Below are positions 30,348 through 41,224 of a stretch of DNA of 64,000 nucleotides, one piece after another. The position numbers and the translations under genes were made by a program. Within the stretch, counting starts at the first letter, position 1; each line of letters begins with the position of its first letter. The notes beneath the pieces are model-generated. The model was given only the letters and a program-made list of their open reading frames with translations. It did not search any database and was not told the origin of the DNA. This DNA comes from Faecalimonas sp. (lineage in GTDB: Bacteria > Bacillota > Clostridia > Lachnospirales > Lachnospiraceae), in contig JAZNKI010000031.1 of the NCBI GenBank assembly GCA_045578495.1, positions 233 to 64,232 on the forward strand. Reading direction: 5' to 3'.

Positions 30348-31436
30348 ATGATATCAAATCAAATACTTCAAAATACAATTGAGGGATTGCAGGAAATTAC
30401 AAAATTTGATTTGTGCGTGATGGACGTAGACGGAAAATATTTGGCAGGTACTCGCGGAAAAGTAGACGCGCTAAAAAAATACGCATTTGACTTTATGCAA
30501 TCGGTAGATGATGAAGATTGCAAAGCTGGATATTGGCTGTTTAAGGTGTATGACGAATATCAACCAGAGTACATATTGGCTGTACTGGGAGAGAGTGAAC
30601 AAGCAAGAAAAATCGGAGAAGTTACAGTATTTCAAATTCAAAGCTTGTTGACTGCTTATCGCGAACGTTTTGACAATGATAACTTTTTCAAGAGTTTGAT
30701 TCTTGATAATTTATTGTTGGTAGATATATACAATCGTGCAAAAAAGTTGCATATTGACACAGAGGCGAAACGTGTTATCTTTATTGTGGAAATGCCAGCA
30801 GGAAAAGAATCTGTATTGTTAGAAAAAGTAAGGACGATTCTTTCGAATAAGAGCAAAGATTTCATTACTGCGGTGGATGAAAAGAATGTAATTGTGATAC
30901 GAGAAGTCGGATCACAGGTTGGATATCAAGTGATTGAAGATTATGCAGAAGGAATTTTAAAGACGTTAGAGAAAACGGAAGAACAAGGATTTCATATTGC
31001 ATATGGAACCATCGCCAGTGATATTAAAGAGGTTTCGAAATCATATAAGGAAGCACGACTGGCTCTTGATGTGGGAAAGATCTTCTTTAATGGAAAGAGT
31101 GTAATTGCATATAACACTTTGGGGATTGGACGTTTGATTTATCAATTGCCGATTCCACTTTGTAAAATGTTTATCCGAGAAATTTTTGAGGGGAAATCAC
31201 CGGATGATTTTGATGAAGAAACATTGCTGACCATTGATAAGTTTTTTGAAAACAGTTTGAATGTATCAGAGACGTCCAGACAGTTGTTTATCCACAGAAA
31301 TACATTGGTTTATCGATTGGATAAAATCCAGAAGATGACAGGATTGGATTTGCGAGTATTCGAGGATGCCATTACATTTAAAATTGCGTTGATGGTTGTA
31401 AAATATATGAATTACATGGAAACATTGGAGTATTAA
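30348..31436 (+). CDS. CdaR/PucR-family transcriptional regulator
   Basis: C-terminal HTH NVSETSRQLFIHRNTLVYRLDKI; GGAGG RBS before ATG 30348. Confidence 0.9.
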   Translation: MISNQILQNTIEGLQEITKFDLCVMDVDGKYLAGTRGKVDALKKYAFDFMQSVDDEDCKAGYWLFKVYDEYQPEYILAVLGESEQARKIGEVTVFQIQSLLTAYRERFDNDNFFKSLILDNLLLVDIYNRAKKLHIDTEAKRVIFIVEMPAGKESVLLEKVRTILSNKSKDFITAVDEKNVIVIREVGSQVGYQVIEDYAEGILKTLEKTEEQGFHIAYGTIASDIKEVSKSYKEARLALDVGKIFFNGKSVIAYNTLGIGRLIYQLPIPLCKMFIREIFEGKSPDDFDEETLLTIDKFFENSLNVSETSRQLFIHRNTLVYRLDKIQKMTGLDLRVFEDAITFKIALMVVKYMNYMETLEY

Positions 31437-31453
31437 TAATTAAGGAGGAGCGT

Positions 31454-32128
31454 ATGATTGAATTAAAAGAAGTTACAAAAGAATATTCAAAAGGAATTGC
31501 GGCACTCAATGGTGTTAGCTTAAAAATTGAGCAAGGCGAATTTGTATTTATAGTAGGAGACAGTGGCTCTGGAAAATCAACCTTGATTCGTTTACTTATG
31601 AAAGAATTGGAGCCGACATCAGGTACCATTACGGTAATGAAACATAATTTAGGAAGAATGAAGCACAAAGCCATTCCATATTACCGTAGAAAAATAGGAG
31701 TAGTTTTCCAGGATTTCCGTCTGTTAAAAGATAGAAATGTATATGAAAATATTGCATTTACACTCCGTGTTACGGAAACGCCAACCCGTGTGTTAAAAAA
31801 GAAAGTACCTGCAGCACTTTCTTTGGTAGGTTTGGCTCAAAAATATAAATCATATCCAAAAGAGTTGTCCGGTGGTGAGCAACAGAGAGTTGCGATTGCG
31901 AGAGCAATCATCAATGAACCTTCAATTTTGCTTGCGGATGAACCTACAGGAAACTTGGACCCAGCGAACTCATGGGAAATCATGAAGCTATTGGATGAGG
32001 CAAATAAGAGAGGAACAACAGTCATCGTTGTTACGCATAATCTCGAGATTGTCAATGCAATGAAAAAAAGAGTCATCACAATGAAGAAAGGTAGCATTGT
32101 GAGCGATACAAAAAGGGTGGGTGTGTAA
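31454..32128 (+). CDS. ftsE: Cell division ATP-binding protein FtsE
   Basis: GDSGSGKST, VVFQDFRLL, LSGGEQQR, ADEPTGNLD; adjacent to ftsX. Confidence 0.95.
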   Translation: MIELKEVTKEYSKGIAALNGVSLKIEQGEFVFIVGDSGSGKSTLIRLLMKELEPTSGTITVMKHNLGRMKHKAIPYYRRKIGVVFQDFRLLKDRNVYENIAFTLRVTETPTRVLKKKVPAALSLVGLAQKYKSYPKELSGGEQQRVAIARAIINEPSILLADEPTGNLDPANSWEIMKLLDEANKRGTTVIVVTHNLEIVNAMKKRVITMKKGSIVSDTKRVGV

Positions 32129-33034
32129 ATGAGAATCAGTACTATAAAATATACAGTTCAGCAAGGACTTAGAAATATTGCAAAAAACAAGATGTTTTCG
32201 ATTGCATCCGTTGCAACGATGGTAGCATGTATTTTTCTTTTTGGAGTGTTTTATGCATTGATTGCAAACGTGCAGGAAGTAATGCGAAATGTAGAAGAAA
32301 GTTTGCCGATTGTTGTGTATTTTGAGAAAGAGGCAACACAAAAAGAGAAAGATAATATCGAGCGAAATCTTTCACAGAGAGACGATGTTTTAGAAGTGAA
32401 ATACGTTTCTTCTGAAGAAGGATGGGAAGAGTTTAAAAAAGTTTATTTCGGTGAAGATACAGAAGCTTTGACAGGATTTGAAGAAAATCCATTAGCAGAT
32501 TCTGATAACTTTGAGGTTTATTTGAAATCTGTGGAGAACCAAGAAGATGTAGTGAAATTTGCAGAGGAATTGAAAGGCGTACGCAAAGTGCGTGCATCTG
32601 CCAGCGCAGCAGAAACTCTTAAGACAATCAGTGTGTTGTTGGCGACGATTTCTGGTGTAATCGTAGCATTGCTCTTGATTGTTGCAATCTTCTTAATTAG
32701 TAACACAGTTTCGATGGGTATCACTATCCGAAGAGAAGAAATCGCAATTATGAAATATATTGGAGCAAAAGATTCTTTCGTAAGAGCACCATTTATTTTA
32801 GAGGGTGTTTTAATCGGATTGGTTGGAGCAGCATTGCCATTAACTTTGTTATACTTTGTATACAAAGGTGCAATTGAATATGTTACAACTGAATTTGCTC
32901 TGATTGTTGGAACAATTGATTTCCTTTCTGTTGGAAAACTATATTTGACACTTTTGCCTGTTGGATTGGCACTTGGCGTAGGAATTGGTTTCGTAGGAAG
33001 TTACTTTACGATCAAACGACATTTGAAGGCATAA
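32129..33034 (+). CDS. ftsX: Permease-like cell division protein FtsX
   Basis: ISNT..RREEIAIMKYIGA..FVRAPFILEG. Confidence 0.93.
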   Translation: MRISTIKYTVQQGLRNIAKNKMFSIASVATMVACIFLFGVFYALIANVQEVMRNVEESLPIVVYFEKEATQKEKDNIERNLSQRDDVLEVKYVSSEEGWEEFKKVYFGEDTEALTGFEENPLADSDNFEVYLKSVENQEDVVKFAEELKGVRKVRASASAAETLKTISVLLATISGVIVALLLIVAIFLISNTVSMGITIRREEIAIMKYIGAKDSFVRAPFILEGVLIGLVGAALPLTLLYFVYKGAIEYVTTEFALIVGTIDFLSVGKLYLTLLPVGLALGVGIGFVGSYFTIKRHLKA

Positions 33035-33058
33035 TAAAAAGGTGAGGTAGCATAAATT

Positions 33059-34285
33059 ATGGGAAACAAAAGAAATTTCATAAAAGGTCTTTTGATAGGT
33101 GCCTTGTCTATGTTTGTGATTATGCTATTTATGGGTGGCATTGGAGTAGGCGCACTGTACATTACTGGAAATTTGAAAGGTAATGATAATAGTGAAAGCA
33201 CAACGAGTAATCAATTGATTACAGAAGAGACTCTAAAGAAGTTGGAAGAAATTCAGGCATTGATTGATGAATACTATTTGTATGCGGATGACATAGACAA
33301 AGAGGCGATTCAAGATGCGATTATTCATGGCTATGTAGCTGGCTTGAAAGAACCGTATTCTGTGTACTATAGTAAAAAGGAAGCAAAGGAGCTTTTTGAA
33401 TCGACAAGTGGAACGTTTGGTGGAATCGGTGTGGGGATTCAGCAGGATCGAACTACAGGATTGATTACATTTACAACGATTTACAAAGGAAATCCTGGAG
33501 ATGTGGCGGGATTTAAATCAGGAGATATTGTATATAAGATTAATGGTGAAGACGTGAGTAGCCAAGACTTGGATACAGTAGTTTCTAAGATTCGAGGAGA
33601 AATCGGAACATCTGTGGAAATCACTGTGTTACGCGGTGATTCCCGAAAAGAATATACAGCGAAGGCAGTGCGTGCCTTGATTGAAAATACGACAGTTAAT
33701 TACGAAATGAAAGAAAATCAAATCGGTTATCTTCAGATTACGGGATTTGAAGAAGTCACATATAAGCAATTTGAAGAGGCCTTAAATGATTTGAATCAAC
33801 AAGGAATGAAGGGATTGGTAGTAGACCTTCGAAACAATCCGGGAGGAAACTTGAATACAGTATGTGAGATGCTGGATTTAATTCTTCCAAGTGGAAATGT
33901 CGTATCTATTAAAGATCGAAATGGAAATACACAATCTTATACTTCGGATGCCGATACGGTTTTGAATGTTCCAATGGTTGTGTTGATTAATGGATTTAGT
34001 GCAAGTGCGTCAGAAATTTTTGCAGGGGCAGTCCAAGATTACGAAATTGGTACTATTGTAGGAACTACCACGTATGGTAAAGGAATTGTTCAAAATGTAT
34101 TTTCATTAAGTGATGGAACAGCGCTCAAGATTACTAGCTCTGAATATTTTACTGCAAAGGGAAGAAATATTCATGGTAAAGGAATTAAGCCAGATGTGAA
34201 GATTGAATATGAATACAATGAAGCAAATCCAAATGCAGATAATCAACTAGAAAAAGCATTAGAAATATTAAAAAAAGGAATGTAA
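33059..34285 (+). CDS. S41 family carboxy-terminal processing protease (CtpA-like)
   Basis: N-terminal TM, PDZ (FGGIGV), DLRNNPGG, SASASEI, TYGKG. Confidence 0.93.
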   Translation: MGNKRNFIKGLLIGALSMFVIMLFMGGIGVGALYITGNLKGNDNSESTTSNQLITEETLKKLEEIQALIDEYYLYADDIDKEAIQDAIIHGYVAGLKEPYSVYYSKKEAKELFESTSGTFGGIGVGIQQDRTTGLITFTTIYKGNPGDVAGFKSGDIVYKINGEDVSSQDLDTVVSKIRGEIGTSVEITVLRGDSRKEYTAKAVRALIENTTVNYEMKENQIGYLQITGFEEVTYKQFEEALNDLNQQGMKGLVVDLRNNPGGNLNTVCEMLDLILPSGNVVSIKDRNGNTQSYTSDADTVLNVPMVVLINGFSASASEIFAGAVQDYEIGTIVGTTTYGKGIVQNVFSLSDGTALKITSSEYFTAKGRNIHGKGIKPDVKIEYEYNEANPNADNQLEKALEILKKGM

Positions 34286-34303
34286 TTTTACATTCCTTTT
34301 TTT
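34271..34303 (+). terminator. Intrinsic terminator
   Basis: AAAAAAGGAATGTA-ATTT-TACATTCCTTTTTT. Confidence 0.8.
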
Positions 34304-34373
34304 GTTGCATTATGGTAGAATAATCATAGTATGTAGTTTTATGCTTAATTTTAGAAGAAGGGATACAACTTGC

Positions 34374-35654
34374 ATGAAAATTTTAATTCAAAATGGATAC
34401 GTACTAGACCCGGAAAGTAAACGAGAAGGAACGTACGATGTGTTAATTGAGGGAAATAAGATTGTAAAAGTGGCAGAAAAAATTGACGAAACAGTAGATC
34501 GTGTGATTGACGCTACGGACTGTTATGTAATGCCAGGATTTATTGACCTGCACGTACATCTTCGTGACCCGGGACTAGAATATAAAGAGACCCTAGAAAC
34601 CGGAGGAAAAGCGGGTGCAAGAGGTGGAGTTACAACCCTCTGTGCGATGCCAAATACAAAACCGGTGGTGGATAGTGCAGAAAAAGTGACAGATGTTCAT
34701 GAAAGAGCGAAAAATGATTCGCCAGTGCACGTGATTCAAATTGGTGCCATTACAGTGGGACAGCAGGGCGAAGAACTTGCAGATATTGAAGGTATGGCAA
34801 AAGCGGGGTGCTATGCGATTAGTGAAGATGGAAAATCTGTAATGAACGCGTCTTTGTATCGCAAAGCTATGAAAATCGCAAAAGAAAATGGTCTTTCCAT
34901 TTTTGCACACTGTGAAGATATCACCATGGTAGAAGGCGGAGTTATGCACGCGGATGAAAAAGCGACAGCCCTCGGACTGAAAGGAATTACGAATGCTGTA
35001 GAAGATGTTATCGTAGCGAGAGATATTTTGTTGGCAAAAGAAACAGGAGTTAGACTTCATCTTTGCCACTGTTCAACAGCAGATAGCGTGAAACTAGTAG
35101 AAGCAGCTAAAAAAGAAGGTCTTCCAGTAACTGCAGAAGTTTGTCCGCATCATTTTGCAATGTGTACAGATGATATTACTGAAGATGATGGGAACTTTAA
35201 AATGAATCCGCCGCTCAGAGGAAAATCAGATGTGGAAGCGTTAAAGGCAGGATTGAAAGCAGATATTATGGATGTGATTGCTACGGATCACGCACCGCAT
35301 TCCGCAGAAGAGAAAAAATGTTCAATGACAAAAGCAGCCTTTGGAATTGTAGGATTGGAAACAATGGCTTCTTTGACTTATACAGAACTTGTAGAACCTG
35401 GAATTTTGACGCCAATGCAAATGGCTGAAAAGACTAGCTATAATCCAGCACAAATTTTAGGGCTTAAAGAAAAGGGTGCAATTGCAGAAGGAAAGATTGC
35501 AGATATTGTGGTCTTTGATCCAAATATCGAATATAAAATTGATAAAAACACGTTTTTCTCAAAAGGAAAGAATACTCCATTCCATGGACGAAAAGTCAAA
35601 GGGGATGTGAAATATACACTTGTAGACGGAAACGTTGTATACGAAAGAAATTAA
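34374..35654 (+). CDS. pyrC: Dihydroorotase
   Basis: PGFIDLHVHLRDPG, MPNT, KMNPPLR, ATDHAPH. Confidence 0.95.
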   Translation: MKILIQNGYVLDPESKREGTYDVLIEGNKIVKVAEKIDETVDRVIDATDCYVMPGFIDLHVHLRDPGLEYKETLETGGKAGARGGVTTLCAMPNTKPVVDSAEKVTDVHERAKNDSPVHVIQIGAITVGQQGEELADIEGMAKAGCYAISEDGKSVMNASLYRKAMKIAKENGLSIFAHCEDITMVEGGVMHADEKATALGLKGITNAVEDVIVARDILLAKETGVRLHLCHCSTADSVKLVEAAKKEGLPVTAEVCPHHFAMCTDDITEDDGNFKMNPPLRGKSDVEALKAGLKADIMDVIATDHAPHSAEEKKCSMTKAAFGIVGLETMASLTYTELVEPGILTPMQMAEKTSYNPAQILGLKEKGAIAEGKIADIVVFDPNIEYKIDKNTFFSKGKNTPFHGRKVKGDVKYTLVDGNVVYERN

Positions 35655-35671
35655 TTTTGGAGGATAAAAAG

Positions 35672-36598
35672 ATGATTAACAAATTGGTACAGAACATTAA
35701 GAAAACAAATGCGCCAATCGTAGTGGGATTAGATCCAATGCTCAACTACATTCCAGAACATGTGCAAAAGAAAGCATTTGCAGAGTATGGAGAAACATTG
35801 GAAGGTGCTGCAGAAGCGATTTGGCAGTTTAACAAAGAAATCGTGGACAAGACTTATGATTTGATTCCAGCAGTAAAACCTCAAATTGCAATGTATGAAC
35901 AATTTGGTATTCCAGGACTTGTAGCATTTAAGAAAACAGTAGACTACTGTAAAGAAAAAGGTTTGGTAGTCATCGGAGATATCAAACGTGGCGATATTGG
36001 TTCTACATCTGCAGCATATGCGGTAGGTCACGTAGGTCGCGTGCAAGTGGGAAGCAAAACATACGTACCATTTGATGAAGATTTCGTAACAGTAAATCCA
36101 TACCTTGGTTCAGATGGAATCGAACCATTTATTAAAGTGTGTAAAGAAGAAAATAAAGGTATGTTCGTATTAGTAAAAACATCAAATCCATCAAGTGGAG
36201 AATTCCAAGATCAATTAATTGATGGAAAACCACTTTACGAATTGGTTGGAGAAAAAGTAGCAGCTTGGGGAGAACAACACATGGGCGATGAGTACAGCTA
36301 TGTAGGAGCAGTTGTTGGTGCAACATATCCAGAAATGGGTAAAGTTCTTCGTAAGGTAATGCCAAAAACATATATCTTAGTGCCAGGTTACGGTGCACAA
36401 GGTGGAAAAGGGAAAGACTTAGTACACTTCTTTAATGAAGATGGACTTGGTGCAATCGTAAACTCTTCTCGTGGAATTATTGCAGCATACAAGCAAGAAG
36501 CATATGCAAAATTTGGAGCAGAAAACTTTGGAGAAGCTTCTAGAGCAGCTGTGGAAGATATGGTTGCTGACATCGCAGGAGCATTGAACAATCGCTAA
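35672..36598 (+). CDS. pyrF: Orotidine-5'-phosphate decarboxylase (type 2)
   Basis: VGLDP, DIKRGDIGST, KTSNP, VGAT, PGYGAQGG. Confidence 0.95.
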   Translation: MINKLVQNIKKTNAPIVVGLDPMLNYIPEHVQKKAFAEYGETLEGAAEAIWQFNKEIVDKTYDLIPAVKPQIAMYEQFGIPGLVAFKKTVDYCKEKGLVVIGDIKRGDIGSTSAAYAVGHVGRVQVGSKTYVPFDEDFVTVNPYLGSDGIEPFIKVCKEENKGMFVLVKTSNPSSGEFQDQLIDGKPLYELVGEKVAAWGEQHMGDEYSYVGAVVGATYPEMGKVLRKVMPKTYILVPGYGAQGGKGKDLVHFFNEDGLGAIVNSSRGIIAAYKQEAYAKFGAENFGEASRAAVEDMVADIAGALNNR

Positions 36599-36617
36599 TT
36601 GAAAGGAATTAAGAGAG

Positions 36618-37400
36618 ATGGCAGACAGAAGAAAAGAGTCAGCAGTTGTTGTGTCACAAGAACAAGTTGCAGATCATATTTTCAGTATGTGGATTCAGAC
36701 AGAAGCGGCTGCATCTGCAAAACCGGGACAATTTATTTCGATGTATACGAATGATGGAACAAAATTACTTCCTAGACCAATCAGTATCTGTGAAATTGAT
36801 AAGGAACAAGGACGTTTGCGAGTGGTGTACCGTGTGACGAGCGAGAAGGCAGGGACTAAGCAATTCTCAGAAATGAAAGCAGGAGATGTGATTCCTGTAG
36901 TAGGTCCACTTGGAAATGGATTCCCATTAGAAAAAGCAGAAGGAAAGAAAGCTTTCTTGATGGGTGGAGGAATCGGTGTTCCGCCAATCTTAGAACTTGC
37001 AAAGCAATTGAACTGTGAAAAGCAGATTGTAGTTGGATATCGCGATTCACATACATTTTTGAAAGAACAGTTTGAACAAAATGGTTCTCTTTATATCTCC
37101 ACAGAAGATGGTAGTGTAGGAACTAAAGGAAATGTTATGAATGCCATTGCAGAAAATGGACTTACTGCAGATATTATTTATGCATGTGGACCAACTCCAA
37201 TGCTTCGTGCAATTAAAAATTATGCCGAGGAAAATGGTATCGAGTGTTATATTTCTTTAGAAGAAAAGATGGCTTGCGGAATTGGTGCATGTTTGGCATG
37301 TACTTGTAAGTCAAAAGAAAAAGATCACCATACAAATGTACACAATAAGCGTATTTGTAAGGATGGCCCAGTATTCTTGTCAACGGAGGTGGAAATCTAA
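36618..37400 (+). CDS. pyrK: Dihydroorotate dehydrogenase electron transfer subunit
   Basis: RPIS, GGGIG, CGP, MACGIGACLAC..CKDGPV. Confidence 0.95.
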   Translation: MADRRKESAVVVSQEQVADHIFSMWIQTEAAASAKPGQFISMYTNDGTKLLPRPISICEIDKEQGRLRVVYRVTSEKAGTKQFSEMKAGDVIPVVGPLGNGFPLEKAEGKKAFLMGGGIGVPPILELAKQLNCEKQIVVGYRDSHTFLKEQFEQNGSLYISTEDGSVGTKGNVMNAIAENGLTADIIYACGPTPMLRAIKNYAEENGIECYISLEEKMACGIGACLACTCKSKEKDHHTNVHNKRICKDGPVFLSTEVEI

Positions 37401-38302
37401 TGGATATGCGTGTGAATATAGCAGGAGTGGAATGGAAAAATCCCGTAACAGTAGCTTCTGGAACGTTTGGTTCTGGAGCAGAATTTACAGAGTTTGTGGA
37501 TTTGAATCGTTTGGGTGCAGTGACAACAAAGGGGGTTGCAAATGTACCTTGGTCAGGGAATCCAACACCACGTGTGGCAGAAACTTATGGCGGAATGATG
37601 AACGCAATTGGACTTCAAAATCCTGGAATTGATGTGTTTTGTGAGAGAGATATTCCGTTTTTGAAGCAATTTGATACAAAGGTAATTGTGAATGTGTGTG
37701 GGCATGCACCGGAAGAGTATTTTGCAGTAGTGGAAAGACTTGCAGAAGAGCCAATTGATATGATGGAAATCAATATCTCTTGTCCAAACGTAAATGCAGG
37801 ATTCCTTGCATTTGGACAAGATCCAAAGCAAGTAGAAAAATTAACTGCTGAGATTAAAAAACTTGCAAAACAACCAGTGATTATGAAACTCACACCAAAT
37901 GTAACGGATATTACAGAGATCGCAAAAGCAGCAGAAGCAGGTGGCGCAGACGCAGTTTCGTTGATTAATACGTTGACAGGTATGAAAATTGATATCAATC
38001 GTAAAACATTTGCGATTGCAAATAAAACAGGTGGTGTATCTGGTCCAGCAATTCATCCAATTGCTGTGCGTATGGTATATCAAGTAGCAAATGCCGTAAA
38101 TATTCCAATTATCGGAATGGGAGGAATTGCAACAGCAGAAGATGCCATTGAAATGATTCTTGCAGGGGCAAGTGCCGTAGCGGTAGGAACTGCAAACTTC
38201 CACAATCCAGGAGTAACGATGGAAATTGTGGATGGCATTGAAGCGTATATGAAACAACACGGATTCAATACCGTACAAGAGATGGTTGGATTGGTGAAAT
38301 AA
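37400..38302 (+). CDS. pyrD: Dihydroorotate dehydrogenase B catalytic subunit
   Basis: ASGTF, NAIGLQNPG, NISCPN, KLTPN. Confidence 0.96.
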   Translation: MDMRVNIAGVEWKNPVTVASGTFGSGAEFTEFVDLNRLGAVTTKGVANVPWSGNPTPRVAETYGGMMNAIGLQNPGIDVFCERDIPFLKQFDTKVIVNVCGHAPEEYFAVVERLAEEPIDMMEINISCPNVNAGFLAFGQDPKQVEKLTAEIKKLAKQPVIMKLTPNVTDITEIAKAAEAGGADAVSLINTLTGMKIDINRKTFAIANKTGGVSGPAIHPIAVRMVYQVANAVNIPIIGMGGIATAEDAIEMILAGASAVAVGTANFHNPGVTMEIVDGIEAYMKQHGFNTVQEMVGLVK

Positions 38303-38314
38303 GGAGGACATAAG

Positions 38315-39769
38315 ATGCAACGTACAGATAAATATTCAAGCCCTTTGTCAGAACGTTATGCAAGTAAAGAAATGCAATATATTTTCTCTCAGGATATGAA
38401 ATTCCGTACTTGGAGAAAACTTTGGATTGCACTTGCAGAGACAGAAAAGGAATTAGGACTTTGTCAAAATGGTGTTCCGGTAATTACAGATGAACAAATC
38501 GAAGAATTGAAAGCACATGCAGAAGATATCAATTATGAAGTAGCAAGAGAACGCGAAAAAGTTGTTCGTCACGATGTAATGAGTCATGTGTATGCTTATG
38601 GGCAACAGTGTCCAAAGGCAGCAGGAATTATCCATCTAGGAGCAACATCTTGTTATGTGGGTGATAATACAGATATTATCGTAATGACAGAAGCTCTGAA
38701 ATTAGTAAAGAAAAAATTGGTAAATGTCATTCAATTGCTTGCGAAATTTGCAGAAGAGTATAAAGCGCTTCCAACACTTGGATTTACGCATTTTCAAGCA
38801 GCGCAACCAACTACAGTTGGAAAACGTGCTTGTTTGTGGCTTCAAGAGTTCTTGCTTGACATGGAAGATTTAGAACATGTGATTTCTACAATGAAGTTGC
38901 TTGGCTCGAAAGGAACCACAGGAACTCAGGCATCTTTCTTGGAATTGTTCGATGGGGATCATGAGACCATCGATAAAATCGATCCAATGATTGCAGCGAA
39001 AATGGGATTTGAAGCATGCTATCCAGTATCGGGTCAAACATATTCAAGAAAGACAGATACAAGAGTTCTCAATGCATTGGCTGGAATTGCAGCAAGTGCA
39101 CATAAAATGAGTAACGATATTCGTTTGTTACAGCATTTAAAAGAAATTGAAGAACCATTTGGAAAGAATCAAATCGGTTCATCCGCAATGGCTTATAAGA
39201 GAAATCCAATGCGCAGTGAACGTATCGCAGCACTTTCTCGTTTTGTAATGGTGGATGCGCTAAATCCAGCAATTACTTCTGCGACACAGTGGTTTGAAAG
39301 AACATTGGACGATTCGGCAAACAAGAGATTGTCTGTTCCAGAAGCTTTCTTGGCAGTAGATGGCATCTTGGATCTTTGCATGAATGTGGTAGATGGACTT
39401 GTAGTTTATCCAAAGGTTATTGAAAAGCATTTGATGAGCGAACTTCCATTTATGGCGACAGAAAATATTATGATGGATGCTGTGAAGAAGGGCGGAAATC
39501 GTCAAGATTTACACGAGCGTATTCGTGAACTTTCTATGGAAGCAGGACGAACTGTGAAGGTGGAAGGTAAGGATAATAACCTACTTGAACTCATTGCGGC
39601 TGATCCGGAATTCAATATGACATTGGAAGAACTTCAAGAAACAATGGATCCAAGTAAGTATGTGGGTCGCGCAAAAGAGCAGGTAGATGCATTTATTGCA
39701 AACCATGTGAATCCAATTTTGGAAGCAAATGCGAGCTTGCTCGGTGTAAATGTTGAGATTAATGTATAA
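38315..39769 (+). CDS. purB: Adenylosuccinate lyase
   Basis: [29 protein letters not shown]. Confidence 0.96.
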   Translation: MQRTDKYSSPLSERYASKEMQYIFSQDMKFRTWRKLWIALAETEKELGLCQNGVPVITDEQIEELKAHAEDINYEVAREREKVVRHDVMSHVYAYGQQCPKAAGIIHLGATSCYVGDNTDIIVMTEALKLVKKKLVNVIQLLAKFAEEYKALPTLGFTHFQAAQPTTVGKRACLWLQEFLLDMEDLEHVISTMKLLGSKGTTGTQASFLELFDGDHETIDKIDPMIAAKMGFEACYPVSGQTYSRKTDTRVLNALAGIAASAHKMSNDIRLLQHLKEIEEPFGKNQIGSSAMAYKRNPMRSERIAALSRFVMVDALNPAITSATQWFERTLDDSANKRLSVPEAFLAVDGILDLCMNVVDGLVVYPKVIEKHLMSELPFMATENIMMDAVKKGGNRQDLHERIRELSMEAGRTVKVEGKDNNLLELIAADPEFNMTLEELQETMDPSKYVGRAKEQVDAFIANHVNPILEANASLLGVNVEINV

Positions 39770-39868
39770 AAAATAAAAAATAATTGGCCTTATACAAGAC
39801 TTTGTGATATTATAGGAATGCGGTCTTGAGATGGGACCAACACTAATGAATAAAGAGAGGTAATAGAA

Positions 39869-41143
39869 ATGGTAAAAGCAGTAGTCGGCGCTAACTGGGG
39901 TGACGAGGGTAAAGGTAAGATCACGGATATGCTTGCTGAAAAAGCGGATTACGTTGTTCGTTTTCAAGGTGGAGCAAATGCAGGTCATACAATCGTAAAT
40001 AAATACGGGAAATTCGCACTTCACACATTGCCATCTGGTATCTTTTATGATCATACAACAAGTATTATTGGAAATGGTGTAGCACTTGATATTCCAGTAT
40101 TTTGCAAGGAAATTCAAACGGTGGTAGACCAAGGTGCTCCAATGCCAAAGATTTTGGTTTCAAATAGAGCACAAATCGTAATGCCATATCACGTATTGTT
40201 TGATCAATATGAAGAAGAACGTTTAGGAAAGAAATCTTTCGGTTCAACAAAATCAGGAATTGCACCATTTTACTCAGATAAATATGCAAAAATTGGTTTC
40301 CAAGTAAGTGAATTGTTTGATGATGAAAGATTGCTTGAAAAAGTTGAAAGTGTAGTAGAAAAGAAAAACATCTTGCTTGAGCATATGTATCACAAACCAC
40401 TTTTGAGTGTAGATGAACTTATGACAACACTTCGCGAATACCGCGATATGATTGCACCATATGTAGCAGATACATCGGTTGTGTTACATAACGCAATTAA
40501 GGAAGATAAAGTGATTTTATTAGAAGGTCAATTGGGAACATTAAAAGATCCAGACCACGGTATTTATCCAATGGTAACATCTTCTTCGACTTTAGCAGCT
40601 TACGGTGCAATCGGAGCAGGTATCCCACCATACGAAATCAAAGAAGTAATCACTGTGTGTAAAGCATACTCATCAGCAGTTGGTGCAGGTGCATTTGTAA
40701 GTGAAATCTTTGGTGACGAAGCGGATGAACTTAGAAGACGCGGTGGAGACGGCGGAGAATACGGTGCAACAACAGGACGTCCACGTAGAATGGGATGGTT
40801 CGACTGTGTAGCTTCTAAATACGGATGCCGTATGCAAGGAACAACAGGCGTTGCATTCACAGTGTTAGATGTACTTGGATACTTAGATGAACTTCCAGTA
40901 TGTGTTGGTTATGAAATCGACGGTGAAATCACAACTGACTTCCCTGTAACAGCGTTACTTGAAAAGGCAAAACCAGTATATGAAGTATTGCCAGGATGGA
41001 AATGCGAAATCAGAGGAATCAAGAAATACGAAGATCTTCCAGAAAACTGTAGAAATTACATTGAGTTCATTGAAAAACAAATCGGATATCCGATTACAAT
41101 GGTTTCTAATGGACCAGGAAGAGATGATATTATTTATCGTTAA
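39869..41143 (+). CDS. purA: Adenylosuccinate synthetase
   Basis: WGDEGKGK, GGANAGHT, GATTGRPRR. Confidence 0.98.
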   Translation: MVKAVVGANWGDEGKGKITDMLAEKADYVVRFQGGANAGHTIVNKYGKFALHTLPSGIFYDHTTSIIGNGVALDIPVFCKEIQTVVDQGAPMPKILVSNRAQIVMPYHVLFDQYEEERLGKKSFGSTKSGIAPFYSDKYAKIGFQVSELFDDERLLEKVESVVEKKNILLEHMYHKPLLSVDELMTTLREYRDMIAPYVADTSVVLHNAIKEDKVILLEGQLGTLKDPDHGIYPMVTSSSTLAAYGAIGAGIPPYEIKEVITVCKAYSSAVGAGAFVSEIFGDEADELRRRGGDGGEYGATTGRPRRMGWFDCVASKYGCRMQGTTGVAFTVLDVLGYLDELPVCVGYEIDGEITTDFPVTALLEKAKPVYEVLPGWKCEIRGIKKYEDLPENCRNYIEFIEKQIGYPITMVSNGPGRDDIIYR

Positions 41144-41159
41144 TAAGAAAAATAAAAGT

Positions 41160-41194
41160 AGAGCGTTAAGGACGAGTGCCTTGACGCTCTTTTT
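41160..41194 (+). terminator. purA terminator
   Basis: AGAGCGTTAAGG-N7-CCTTGACGCTCT-TTTT. Confidence 0.8.
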
Positions 41195-41224
41195 GTTGGG
41201 CGTATGGGGGAGTTTGGGGCGCTG

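Noticed and set aside
34286-34373. PyrR attenuator upstream of pyrC
   Set aside because: Only the upstream gene's terminator is present; no PyrR-binding loop consensus seen.
39770-39868. Possible purine riboswitch upstream of purA (small GGTCTT/GGGACC hairpin)
   Set aside because: Lacks the conserved purine aptamer core and an expression platform.
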